Positions 50,641 to 63,645 of a DNA stretch of 64,000 nt are shown here, piece after piece. Numbering within the stretch: the first letter of the stretch is position 1; each line of letters starts with the position of its first letter. The notes beneath the pieces were generated by a model, which saw only the letters and a program-made list of their open reading frames with translations, did not search any database and was not told the DNA's origin. A program made the translations under genes and the position numbers. Source of the DNA: Mobula hypostoma (lineage: Eukaryota); assembly GCF_963921235.1 (NCBI RefSeq), contig NC_086109.1, forward strand, positions 744,001 through 808,000, written 5' to 3'.

Positions 50641-51419
50641 TAAGTGTGAGGTGATTCAATTTGGTCGGTCAAATATGATGACAGAATATAGTATTAATGG
50701 TAAGACTCTTGGCAGTGTGGAGGATCAGAGGGATCTTGGGGTCCAGGTCCATAGGGCACTCAAGGCTGCTGTGCAGTTTGACTCTGTGGCTAAGAGAGCA
50801 TGTGGTGCATTGGCCTTCATCAAGCGTGGGATTGAGTTTAGGAGCCAAGACGCAATGTTGCAGCTATAAAGGACCCTGGTCAGACCCCACTTGGAGTACT
50901 GTGCTCAGTTCTGGTTGGCTCACTACAGGAAGGATGTGGAAACCATAGAAAGGGTGCAGGGGAGATTTATAAAGATGTTACCTGGATTGGGGAGCATGCC
51001 TTATGAGAATAGGTTGAATGAACTCGGCCTTTTTTCCTTGAAGCGACGGAGGATGATAGAGGTGTATAAGATGATGAGAGGCATTCATCGTGTGGATAGT
51101 CAGAGGCTTTTTCCCAGGGCTGAAATGGCTAGAGTGAGAGGGCACAGCTTGGGAGTAGATACAGAGATGTCAGGGATAAGTTTTTTACACAGAGACTGGT
51201 GAGTGCATGGAATGGGCTGCCGGCAACGGTGGTGGAAGTGGATACGATAGGGTCTTTTAAGAGACTCTTGGATAGGTACATGGAGCTCAGAAAAATAATA
51301 GGCTATGGGTAACCCTAGATAATTTCTCAGATAAGGACATGTTTGGCACAGCTTTGTGAGCAACAGGGCCCATATTGTGCTGTAGGTTTTCTGTGTTCCT
51401 AACTGGTTGCCTCATGTGG

Positions 51420-51950
51420 TTGGTCACTTTGGTCCTGTCTGCTGTCTTTGTCACCAGGATCCAGAGGATGTTGGATCTCTGCTCCAGTCCTGAGTCTCCT
51501 GATCGATGAGGGCAGTCAGTGGCTTATGTGCATCTGTACCCAGCTGGTGGCTCTCCACCCCAGGATCCTGCAAAGATCCCTACATACTGAGTTCCCTCCA
51601 AGGTGGCATGCTGGCAAAAGATTTTTTTCTGCCATGGGCATTGGTTTCAGGAAGACGTGAGGTTTCCTGTGGTGAGCATCAGCCATGCTGCTCCACGGGA
51701 GAGGCCCACCTAATCTGTCCACTCCAGTCACAGTGTGCATCTGCCATTTGAGACTGGCACTGTATGTGAGAGCAGCTGGTCTCAGTCTTGAGGCAGTGGT
51801 TGTTGAGGTGCCTGTCCCAACCTCCCTAATTCCAGGGTTATGTCCATGCCCATGTGCCTCGGAGAAGGAACCTGCAGCATCCAGGTTACAACCGGGGATG
51901 TCTAGGCCTATGGGAGCCCAAGATAGGGTTGATTTGGTTGTAGTTTGAAG
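51420..51950 (+). mobile_element. Tx1-like ORF2 fragment
   Basis: EGSQWLMCICTQLVALHPRILQRSL..PRW, similar to 24225-24310 and 55307-55540. Confidence 0.6.
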
Positions 51951-52133
51951 CTGTTGACTGTGAATAGTGTGAATTATGGAATACTATAATATTGTAATGG
52001 TATGACTACAATCACTGAGATAATTGCCCTTGGAAAAGGGGAAAAAGGGATGGGAGAGAGAATGAAGCTCCCCCTACAATCCTTTCATACATAGAGTGCG
52101 GGATGGAGAGAGGAGGGGACCAGTAACACTCAC

Positions 52134-52241
52134 TCCGCTTGCGTCTCCTGTAGAAGATGATGGCGAGGCTGCTGAGGAGGAGGGTGAGCAGAATCCCAAG
52201 CCCGGCCGTGATGCCGATGATGATTCCAATGGGAAGTACAT
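52134..52241 (-). CDS. kirrel1: KIRREL-family transmembrane exon ((D)VLPIGIIIGITAGLGILLTLLLSSLAIIFYRRRKR)
   Basis: 108 bp, phase 1-1; acceptor ctttcag|AT, donor CGGA|gtgagt; hydrophobic helix followed by basic stop-transfer RRRKR; in frame with both neighbouring exons. Confidence 0.9.
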
Positions 52242-52957
52242 CTGAAAGGCAGAGAGAGGAGTTGGAAAGTCAGCGACCACATACTGGACACCAAAGTCCC
52301 CATGAACCTCAGGTGTCCCAGTCAGAGTGGGGGGCCTACCCATCAGGGACCAGAGAGCAGGCTGATCGCGGCACAGGAAGGCAGTGGGTCAGCCCTTCCA
52401 CCTGCTGGGCATACGGCAGGGTGCAGAGCGCAGATAAGGCATGGGGTCGGGAGGTGGGCTGGGGCAGGATGGGGAGTGGATGGCGATGGACTAATGCCAG
52501 TTGGGAATAGACCGCCATCAACACAAACCCACTGGCTCACTCAATCTGTATCAGACCCACTAAACCCCCACTGAAGTAATTTTTCCCTCCTCTTTTTCCT
52601 GCTCCCTTCCTCAAACCCAAGTCCCATAGACAATGAGAACAGCTAGTGGGAATGGATGCAGCACAATATGTGTGCGGGCTTGATCAGTGGATGGCATAGG
52701 GAAGTGGGGCAGGAGTACGGAGAGCAATCAGAGGATCAGTCCCACATCTCACATGCAGTGCATGAGGGTGGGTGATAGTGAGGGACAAGGCAAGGGGGAG
52801 AGGGGAAAGAGTGGAGGGGAGGGATGACAAGGGGATAGAAAGAGGGAGGGTAGAGGTGGGGTGGGAGGGGGAGGGTGGAGAGGGAGGTTGGGAGGAGAAA
52901 GAGAGGGAAGAAGAAGGCGTAGGAGGTAGGGTTTGGCACAGAGGCTGTATCTCTCAC

Positions 52958-53156
52958 CTTGCTTGTGCAGTTGGATGAGGGCTGTGCTTGGTCCGAAGCT
53001 ATTCCAGGCTGTGCAGTTGTAGTCTGTCTCAAAGTCGGACTGGGCAACATTACTGATGAGTAATGTGGACCGTACTCCTGAGCCTGTGCCCACCGTCTCC
53101 ACTGAATACCGCTCATATGTCCCTGATTCCAGTACCATTTCCTTCCATGTCCATGC
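52958..53156 (-). CDS. kirrel1: KIRREL/NEPH-family exon, C-terminal part of last Ig domain ([20 protein letters not shown]...[26 protein letters not shown])
   Basis: 199 bp; acceptor ccacag|GCA, donor CAAG|gtgag; Ig F-strand motif [15 protein letters not shown] matches recalled KIRREL1 ([19 protein letters not shown]); ends in phase 1. Paralog assignment is tentative. Confidence 0.9.
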
Positions 53157-53369
53157 CTGTGGACCAACAGCACATTAACACACATTTCCCAAGGCACTGA
53201 GACACCACGGGTTAACCCACCCAGACCATGCTAGCCACTCGGCCTCGTAAAAAAAAAGTGTCGAGTCAGGAACGTTCATATCATGACCCGGTTAATCCGA
53301 AAGGAGACCAATCCTGACACCATGTGCCAGACAAGAATGGCTGACTGTCTGGTGCGATACGCAAAAAAA

Positions 53370-55005
53370 AATCACTCCAGAGAAAACAATCCAAATTTGC
53401 CCAATCAATCCTGATAGTACATGTCCTCTAATGCAGCCAGCACACTGGTACAGCTCTTCTGCACCCCCTGCAAAGCCTTCATATCCTTCCTTTAATGGGG
53501 AGACCAGAATTGAATGCAATATTCCAGATGCAACTTAGCTAGAGCTTTATAAAGCTGTAACATAAGTTTCTGTGTCTTGAAGTCAATTCATTATCAAATA
53601 AAGGCAAGCATACCACACGCCTGCTTACCACCCTTAAACTTATGCAGATAATTTAGGAAGCTGTGGACTGGACTCCAAGATCCCTCTGTACATAAACACA
53701 TTTAGGGCCCTGCCATTAACATATCATGTCACTTTACGTTTGATATCCCAAAGTACACCTCACACATGCCTGGATTAAACTCCATCTGCCATTTTTCCAC
53801 CCATAACAGATGATAAGACCATCAGGTATAGGAGCAGGACTGGGCCATTTGTCCCATCATGTCTGTCCAACCATTTCATCATGGCTGATCCCATTTTCCT
53901 CTCAGCCCTAATCTCCTGCCTTGTACCCATATCCCTTCAAGAATCTATCAACCTCTGCCTTAAATATACATAAAGACCTGGCCTCTGCAGCTCCTGTGGC
54001 AAAGAATTCCACAGATTCTGGCTAAGGAAATTCCTCCTTATTTCCATTCTAAAAGAACACCAACCTATTCTGAAGCAATGTCCTCTAGTCTTGGATGCTT
54101 GCACCATAGGAAACATCCCCTCCACATCCACTCTATCAGGCCTTTCACCATTCGACAGATTTCAATGAGGTCACCCCTCATTCTTTTCAATTCCTGTGAA
54201 TGCAGGCCCAAAGCATCAGACACTCTTCAAATGCCAAACCATTCAATCCTGGTATCATTTTCGTGAACCTCCTTTGAACCCTCCTTTCTAAGATAACAGA
54301 CCCAAACCTGCTCACAATACTCCAAGTGAGGCCTGACCATTGCTTTATAAAGTTTCAACATTACATCCATGCTTTTATATTCTAGTCCTCTCAAAATGAA
54401 TGCTAACATTGCATTTGTCTTCCTCACCACCGACTCATCCTGCAAATTAGGGAATCCTGAACAAGGACTCCAAAGTCCTTTGCACCTCAGTTTTTTGCAT
54501 TTTTTCTCCATTTAGAAAATAATCAACCCTTTCATTTCTTCCACCAAAGTGCATGACCATACACTTCCTGATACTGTATTCCATCTGCCATTTCTTTGCC
54601 TATTCTCCTAAAATGTCTAGGTCTTCTGTAGCCTCTTTACTTCTTCAAAACTACCTTTCCCTCCACCTATCTTCATAAACTTTGCAAAAAAGCCATCAAT
54701 TCCATCATCCAAATCATTGCCAACACAAAAAGAATCACAGACCCCCGTGAAACACCTCTACTCACTGCCAGCTAACCACAAAAAGCTCCCTTTATTCCCA
54801 CTCTTTGCCTCCTGCTAATCAGCCACTATTTTATCCATGCTAGAGTCTTTCCTGTAATACCATCGGCTTGTAGCTTGTATCAATATCTGCATCTAAATCC
54901 CACTATATCCTTTGGCAGTCTTTAATGCTGTTCACAACACCACAAATTTTTGAATCATCTGTGAACTTACTGACCCACCCTTCTACATTTTCATCCAGGT
55001 CATTT
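53370..55005 (-). mobile_element. old CR1 fragments (nested)
   Basis: GLEYKSMDVMLKLYKAMVRPHLEYC. Confidence 0.75.
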
Positions 55006-55009
55006 AGAC

Positions 55010-55540
55010 ACATATATCACAGACAGTAGAGGCCACAGAGCAGGTGTGCTGGAGCAGTCTGTACAAGATCAGCCTCAACCTATTACAGAAAGGCCCAGTG
55101 GGCATCCCCGCAAGATGGTTCACATTATGTGGGACCATCTCCCGCAAGGTATCTCCGGCTGACCAGGTGTTGGTACAGTTGGGACCCTTCCACAATCTCC
55201 AGCCTCCTCAACACCCACCAGTCCCTTCACTGCCACAGCACCATCCTCCACAGGCGCAGGAATACCCATGACTGGGTAAGATTAAACCCCATTCCCGCAG
55301 CACCTCTCAATAAAACCAGGGCAGTTCCTGCAAGGTGGTGCGGCTGATGCTAGGTGCAGAAAGCCTCATGTCCGGCAGGTAATGTCCCTGGAGAAGAAAG
55401 TCCGTGGGCAGCGCACGCCATCTCGAAGAGTGGTCAGTATACAGGTATCTCTGCATAGTCCTGAGGCAGAGAGCTGCCAGGTGGGCATGTATGCACACCA
55501 ATGGCTGATCACCCTCCGCAATCAGAATACTCTGGACCAC
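55010..55540 (-). mobile_element. Tx1-like ORF2 fragment
   Basis: HLAALCLRTMQRYLY..SRW...LQELPWFY. Confidence 0.6.
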
Positions 55541-57240
55541 AGTAGAGACCCAATGCCTCTCACTGTTCCCAAATCAATTCTGAATCCAAATGGCCAGGTC
55601 ACCAAAGATTCTATCCATTTTAATCATTTGCATGATCTTCCCATGAGGAACATGTCAAACATGTTACTAAAATCCATGTAAACAACATCCACAGTGCTAC
55701 CTTCATCAATCACTTTCCTCACCTCCTTGAAAGTAAGACATGATCTGCCCCCCACAAAGCCTTGCTAACTGTCCCTAATTGGTCATGAGTTTCCAAATGC
55801 TCAAAAATCCTATCTTTAAAATTTCCCCCTAATAGCTTCCCTATCATAAATATAAGACTCATTAATCTACAGTTTCCAGAATTATCCCTACTTCCCTTCT
55901 TAAACAACGTAACAACATTAGCTACTCACAAATCCTCTGAGGCTTCAGGTGGCTAGAAAGGACACAAAAAACTTGGTCATAGGCCCAACAATTTCATCTC
56001 TTCCCTCTCCCAATAGCCTGTAGTACATCCTTTTCAGCTTTTCCACCTTAATGTTCTTTAAGAGACACAACATAATATCCTTCTTTATTTCTAAATGCCC
56101 TAACATATTAGTATGGTCCACACTGATCTCCGCTTTTCATCTCTTTGGGAAGTACTACCACAAAGTATTCATTTATAACCTTATCCACATCCTCAGTCTC
56201 AATGCACATGCTCCCATTTTTATCCTTGAATGCTCCAACCCACTTCCTAATTATCCTCTTGCTCTAGATATAAAAATAAAATGCCTTGGAGAATTTTCTT
56301 TAGTTCTACTTGCCAAGGACTTTTTATGGCCCCTCCTGGCTTTCTTAATTCTCCCTTGAGTTCTTTTTTAGCTTCGTTAAAATCCTCAAGCACTCTGTTT
56401 GCTTTTAGCTTCTTAATCCTTACATATACCTCCTTTATCTTCTTGACTAAATTCACCACCTCTCTTGACATCCAAAGTTGCCTTACCTTGCCATCCTTAT
56501 TCTTCCTTCTAACTGTAACATATTTGTCCTATACATTGAGCAGTGGTCTTTTTTTTCACAAAACTACAAAAGTTTATTTACAAGACAGTGAACAAATTCA
56601 AATTAAAATATGATTCCTACTGTGGACAAAACAGTCAATTCTCTGGGGAGTCCACCATTCCCAGAAATCTCCACTATACCCATCGTGCATTTGGTCTTTG
56701 ACACCCTCCACATATCAACTGTGGACTTGCCCAAAAACAGCTGTTCCTAATTAACTCGCCCAAGAGGGTGCTGACAAGCACTGTTGTAGATTGTCCTGCT
56801 CCAATTTAATGCTCCCCATCAAGACCCATCTTATCCTTTATCTATTACCATCTTAAAATTTAAGAAGTTGTCCCTTAACAGTTGTCCCACTGAAAAGTTA
56901 GTCACCTGGCCAGGTTCATTAGTAAACATCAGGTTCAAGATGACCCTTGCTCACATTGGACTAAGAAACTTTCCTGGGTCCACCTGACAAATTCTGTCCT
57001 GTATAAACTTCTTGCACTAAATAAATCCTAGTCAATATTGGGATGATTGAAGTCACTCAACACAACAAGCCTGAAGTTTTTACACCAATCTCTAATCTAT
57101 CTCTTCCAATGTCCCATTGCCTTTGGAGGATCTGTAATATAAAGCCAGAGTGATGGCCCTTTTCTTATTTTTGAGTTCTACAATACAGAATCAGTATATT
57201 AACCCTCTATTATGTCTTCTTTGAGTGCAGCTGTAATATT
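55541..57240 (-). mobile_element. old CR1 remnant containing a short Tx1-like 3' tail insertion (56552-56691)
   Basis: FKKGSRDNSGN; poly-T tail and tggtcttt duplication at 56544-56551 and 56692-56699. Confidence 0.6.
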
Positions 57241-59162
57241 ATAGAAACAGAGAAAACCTACACCACAATACAAGCTCGTCAGCCCATAAAGCCGTGCCGA
57301 ACATGGCCTTACCTTAGAAATTAACTAGGGTTACCCACAGCCCTCTATTTTTCTGAGCTCCATGTACCTGTCCAGGAGCCTCCTAAAAGACCCTATCATA
57401 TCCACCTCCACCACCATCGCTGGCAGCCCAATCCACGCACTCACCACTCTCTGTGTAAAAAACTTATTCGTCTGTACCTACTTCTAAGCACCTTAAAACT
57501 GTGCCCTCTCATGCTAGCTATTCCAGCCCTGGGAAAAAGCCTCTGACTATCCACATAATCAATTCCTCACATCACCTTATACACCTCTATCAGGTCACCT
57601 CTTAACCTCCGTGGCTCCAAGGAAAAAAGGCCAAGCTCACTCAACCTATTCTCATAAGGCATACTCCCCAATCCAGGCAACATTCTTGTAAATATCCTCT
57701 GCACCCTTTCTATGGTTTCCACATCTTTCCTGTAGTGAGGCGACCAGAACTGAGCACAGTACTCCAAGTGGGGTCTGACCAGGGTCCTATATAGCTGCAA
57801 CATTACCTCTTGGCTCCTAAACTCAATCCCACGATTGAAGAATGCCAATGCACCGTATGTTTCCTTAACCACAGAGTCAACCTGCACAGCAGCTTTCAGT
57901 GTCCTATGGACTCGGATCCCTAGATCCCTCTGATCCTCCACACTGCCAAGAGTCTTACCATTAATACTATATCCTGCCATCATATTTGACCTACCAAAAT
58001 GAACAACCTCACACTTATCTGGCTTGAACTCCATCTGCCACTTCTCAGCCCAGTTTTGCATCCTATCAATGTCCTGCTGTAATCTCTGACAGCCCTCCAC
58101 ACTATCCACAACACCCCCAACCTTTGTGTCATCAGCAAATTTACTAACCTATCCCTCCACTTCCTCATCCAGCTCATTTATAAAAATCACAAAGAGCAGG
58201 GGTCCCTGAACAGATCCCTGAGGCACACCACTGGTGACTGACCTCCATGCAGAATATGACCTGTCTACAACCACTCTTTGCCTTCTGTGGGCAAGCCAGT
58301 TCTGGATCCACAAAGCAATTTCCCCTTGCATCCCATGCCTCCTTACTTTCTCAATAAGTCTTGCATGGGGTACCTTGTCAAATGCCTTGCTGAAATCCAT
58401 ATACTCTACATCTACTGCTCCACCTTCATCAATGTGTTAGTTACATCCTCAAATAATTAAATCAGGCTCCTAAGGCACGACCTGCCTTTGACAAAGCCAT
58501 GCTGACTATTCCTAATCATATTATGCCTCTCCAAATGATCATAAATCCTGCCTCTCAGGATCTTCTCCATCAATTTACCAACCACTGAAGTAAGACTCAC
58601 TGGTCTATAATTTCCTGGGCTATTTCTATTCCCTTTCTTGAATAATGGAACAACATCTGCAACTCTCCAATCCTCCAGAACCTCTCCTGTCCCCATTGAT
58701 GATGCAAAGATCATCGCCAGAGGCTCAGTAATCTCCTCTCTCACCTCCCACAGTAGTCTGGGGTACATCTCATCCAGTCCCGCTGACTAATCCAACTTGA
58801 TGCTTTCCAAAAACTCCAGCATATCCTCTTTCTTAATATCTTCATGCTCAAGCTTTTCAGTCTGCTGTAAGTCATCACTACAATCACTAAGATCCTTTTC
58901 CGCAGTGAATACTGAAGCAAAGTACTCATTAAGTACGCCTGCTGTCTCCTCTGGTTCCATACACACCTTTCCACTGTCACATTTGATGGGTCTTATTCTC
59001 TCACACCTTATCCTCTTGCTCTTCACATAATTGTAGAATACCTGGGGGTTTTCCTAAATCTTGTCCGCCAAGGCCTTCTCATGGCCCCTTCTGGCTCTCC
59101 TAATTTCTTTCTTAAGCTCCCTCCTGCTAGCATTATAATCTTCTACATTTCTATCATTACCT
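57241..59162 (-). mobile_element. CR1 family B, 5'-truncated
   Basis: ORFs 58787-59026, 58457-58768, 58149-58400, 57567-58109; B-type 3' UTR. Confidence 0.92.
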
Positions 59163-62100
59163 GTTCAACTCGTCTGCCATTTCCTTGTTCCCCATAATAA
59201 ATTCACCCGCTTCTGTCTTCAAGGGCCCAATTTTGGTCTTAACTATTTTTTTCCTTTTCACATACCTAAAGAAGCTTTTACTATCCTCCTTTATATTCTT
59301 GGCCAGTTTACCTTCGTACCTCATTTTTTCTCCGCGTATTGCCTTTTTAGTTATCTTCCATTGCTCTTTAAAAGTTTCCCAATCCTCCGGCTTCCCATTC
59401 GTCTTTGCTATGTTATACTTCTTTTTTATTTGTATGCTGTCCATTACTTCCCTTGTCAGCCATGGCCTCCCCTTACTCCCCTTAGGATCTTTCTTCCTCT
59501 TCGGAATGAACTGATCCTGCACCTTCCGCATTATTCCCAGAAACACTTGCCATTGCTGTTCCATTGTCATCCCTGCTAGGGTATTGTTCCATTGAACTTT
59601 GGCCAGCTTCTCCCTCATAGCACCATAGTTCCCTTTGTTCAACTGTAATACTGACACTTCCGAGTGTCCCTTCTCCCTCTCAAATTGCAGATTAAAACTT
59701 ATCATATTATGGTCACTACCTCCTAATGGCTCCTTTACCTCGAGGTCCATGATCAAATCCGGTTCATTGCACAACACTAAATCCAGAATTGCGTTCTCTC
59801 TGGTAGACTCCAGTACAAATTGTTGTAAGAATCCATCTCGGAGGGACTCCACAAAACATAGAAACATAGAAAATAGGTGCAGGGGTAGGCCATTCGGCCC
59901 TTCGAGCCTGCACCGTCATTCAGTATGATCATGGCTGATCATCCAACTCAGAACCCTGTACCAGTCTACCCCCCATACCCCCTGATCCCTTTACCCACAA
60001 GGGCCATATCTAACTCCCTCTTAAATATAGCCAATGAACTGGCCTCAACTGTTTCCTGTGGCAGAGAATTCCACAGATTCACCACTCTCTGTGTGAAGAA
60101 GTTTTTCCAAATCTCGGTCCTAAAAGGCTTCCCCTTTATCCTCAAACTGTGACCCCTCGTTCTGGACTTCCCCAACATCAGGAACAACCTTCCTGCATCT
60201 AGCCTGTCCAATCCCTTTAGGATTTTATATGTTTCAATAAGATCCCCCCTCAATCTTCTAAATTCCAACGAGTATAAGCCTAGTCGATCCAGTCTTTCAT
60301 CATACGAAAGTCCTGCTATCCCAGGAATCAATCTGCTGAACCTTCTTTGTACTCCCTCTATGGCAAGGATGTCTTTCCTCAGATTAGGGGACCAAAACTG
60401 CACACAATACTCCAGGTGTGGTCTCACCAAGGCCTTGCACAACTGCAGTAGTACCTCCTTGCTCCTGTACTCGAATCCTCTTGCTATGAATGCCAGCATA
60501 CCATTCGCCTTTTTCACCGCCTGCTGTACCTGCATGCCCACTTTCAATGACTGGTGGATAATGACACCCAGGTCTCGTTGCATCTCCCCTTTTCCTAATC
60601 GGCCACCATTCAGATAATAATCTGTTTTCCTGTTTTTGCCACCAAAGTGGATAACGTCACATTTATCCACATTAAATTGCATCTGCCATGAATTTGCCCA
60701 CTCACCTAACCTATCCAAGTCACCCTGCATCCTCTTAGCATCTCCTCACAGCTAACACTGCCGCCCAGTTTCGCGTCATTCGCAAACTTGGAGATGCTGC
60801 ATTTAATTCCCTCATCTAAGTCATTAATATATATTGTAAACAACTGGAGTCCCAGCACTGAGCCTTGCGGTACCCCACTGGTCACTGCCTGCCATTCTGA
60901 AAAGGTCCCATTTATTCCCACTCTTTGCTTCCTGTCTGCCAACCAATTCTCTATCCACATCAATACCTGACCCCCAATACCGTGTGCTTTAAGTTTGCAC
61001 ACTAATCTCCTGTGTGGGACCTTGTCAAAAGCCTTTTGAAAATCCAAATATACCACATCCACTGGTTCTCCCCTATCCACTCTACTAGTTACATCCTCAA
61101 AAAATTCTATGAGATTCGTCAGACATGATTTTCCTTTCACAAATCCATGCTGACTTTGTCCAGTGATTTCGCCGCTTTCCAAATGTGCTATTATCATATC
61201 TTTGATAACCGACTCTATCATTTTCCCCACCACCGATGTCAGGCTAACCGGTCTATAATTCCCCGGTTTCTCTCTCCCTCCTTTTTTAAAAAGTGGAGTT
61301 ACATTAGCCACCCTCCAATCCTCAGGAACTAGTCCAGAATCTAAAGTGTTTTGAAAAATTATCACTAGTGCATCCACTATTTCTTGGGCTACTTCCTTAA
61401 GCACTCTGGGATGCAGACCATCTGGCCCTGGGGATTTATCTACCTTTAATCCCTTCAATTTACCTAACACCACTTCCCTACTAACATGTATTTCCCTCAG
61501 TCCCTCCATTTCACTGGAACCTCTGTCCCCTACTATTTCCAGAAGATTATTTATGTCCTCCTTAGTGAAGACAGAATCAAAGTAGTTATTCAATTGGTCT
61601 GCCATGTCCTTGTTCCCCATAATCAATTCACCTGTTTCTGTCTGTAGGGGACCTACATTTGTCTTAACCAATCTTTTTCTTTTCAGTCAGTTTTTATGTG
61701 CCCTGCCAGTTTTCTCTCATAATCTTTTTTCCCCTTCCTAATTAAGCCCTTTGTCCTCCTCTGCTGGACTCTGAATTTCTCCCAGTCCTCAGGTGAGCCA
61801 CTTTTTCTGGCTAATTTGTATGCTTCTTCTTTGGAATTGATACTATCCCTAATTTCCCTTGTCAGCCACGGGTGCACTACCTTCCTTGATTTATTCTTTT
61901 GCCAAACTGGGATGAACAATTGTAGTTCATCCATGCGATCTTTAAATGCTTGCCATTGCATATCCACCGTCAACCCTTTAAGTGTCATTTGCCAGTCTAT
62001 CTTAGCTAATTCACGTCTCATACCTTCAAAGTTACCCTTCTTTAAGTTCAGAACCTTTATTTCTGAATTAACTATGTCACTCTCCATCTTAATAAAGAAT

Positions 62101-63645
62101 TCCACCATATTATGGTCACTCTTACCCAAGGGGCCTCTCATGACAAGATTGCTAATTAGCCCTTCCTCATTGCTCAATACCCAGTCTAGAATAGCCTGCT
62201 CTCTGGTTGGTTCCTCGACACGTTGGTTCAAAAAACCATCCCGCATACATTCCAAGAAATCCTCTTCCTCAGCACCCTTAGCAATTTGGTTCACCCAATC
62301 TATATGTAGATTGAAGTCATCCATTATAACTGCTGTTCCTTTATTGCACACATTTCTAATTTCCTGTTTAATACCATCCCCAACCTCACTACTACTGTTA
62401 GGTGGCCTGTACACAATTCCCACCAGTGTTTTCTGCCCCTTAGTGTTATGCAGCTCTACCCATATCGATTCCACATCCTCCCGGCTAATGTCCTTCCTTT
62501 CTATTGCGTTAATCTCCTCGCTAACCAGCAATGCTACCCCACCTCCTTTTCTTTCATGTCTATCCCTCCTGAATATTGAATATCCCTGAATGTTGAGCTC
62601 CCATCCCTGGTCACCCTGGAGCCGTGTCTCTGTGATCCCAACTATATCATATTCATTAATAATAATCTGCACTTTTAATTCATCCACCTTGTTACGAATG
62701 CTCCTTGCATTGACACACAAAGCCTTCAGGCTCACTTTTACAACACTCTTAGCCCTTATACAGTTATGTTGAAAAGTGGCCCTTTTTGATTTTTACCCTG
62801 GATTTGCCGGCCAAACTCCCTTTCTTGGGGTCCAGCACCAACCTGATTCCTCCAGTCTAGCTGCATGTTGAAGTCCCTATAACAACTGTAGCATTACCTT
62901 TGCGACATGCCAATTTTAACTCTTGATTCAACTTACACCCTACATCCAGACTACTGTCTGGGGGCCAGTAGATAACTCCCATTAGGGTCTTTCTACCCTT
63001 AGAATTTCTCAGTTCTATCCATACTGACTTCACGTCTCCTGATTCTATGTCCGCCCTCGCAAGGGACTGAATATCATTCCTCACCAACAGAGCCACCCCA
63101 CCCCCTCTGCCCATCAGTCTGTCCTTTCGATAGGACATATACCTTTGAATATTCTTTTCCCAGGCCCTGTCCACTTGAAGCCATGTCTCTGTTATTCCCA
63201 CAACATCACACTTACCAATTTCCAACTGTGCCTCACACCCATCCACTTTATTTCTTATACTCCGTGCATTCATGTACAATACTTTTAATTCATTACTCCC
63301 CTCACCTCCCGTATCAGTTCCTATTTCACTTGGCCATACTGTACGATCCCTTCTTGAGCTTTCCGCTCTGTTGATTCGGCTGTCAGTCTTAACTTTTCTT
63401 ATTCTCACTTTCCCTTTATCTCCATCCTTATGTTTCCAGTTCGTCCCCTCCCCCCCCACTACTTAGTTTAAACACACCCGTGTTGCAGAGGCAAACCTGC
63501 CTGCCAGAATGCTGGTGCCCCACTTACTAAGGTGCAACCCGTCCCTTCTGTACAATTCATCCTTACCCCGAAACATACCCCAGTGGTCCAAGAATGTAAA
63601 TCCTTGATTCCTGCACCAGTTCCTCAGCCACACATTCAGATCCAA
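59158..63645 (-). mobile_element. CR1 family C 5' part (ORF1 end, EN, linker; 59158-59855 and 62812-63645), split by CR1-A
   Basis: LYRRDGLHL, LYMNARSIRNK, ILDLVLCNEPD; host sequence ctccacaaa|ctccc is continuous. Confidence 0.85.
59856..62811 (-). mobile_element. CR1 family A with almost intact ORF2 (two frame breaks)
   Basis: ORFs 61683-62735 (EN), 60706-61671 (RT, FADD mutated to FAND), 59966-60730; caaa duplicated at 59852-59855 and 62812-62815. Confidence 0.95.

Larger units (their letters stand above)
46311..51400 (+). mobile_element. CR1 family B ORF2 remnant, interrupted by Rex1 (47621-48619) and Tigger-like (49045-50640) elements
   Basis: YRPPNS..., QHGFVKG|SCL, NPD|KCEVIQFG; B-type 3' UTR. 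Confidence 0.9.

Noticed and set aside
61816..62589. Antisense ORFs over CR1 (also 159-851 and 26413-27081)
   Set aside because: Shadow frames opposite CR1 ORF2; they recur only because the element is repeated.
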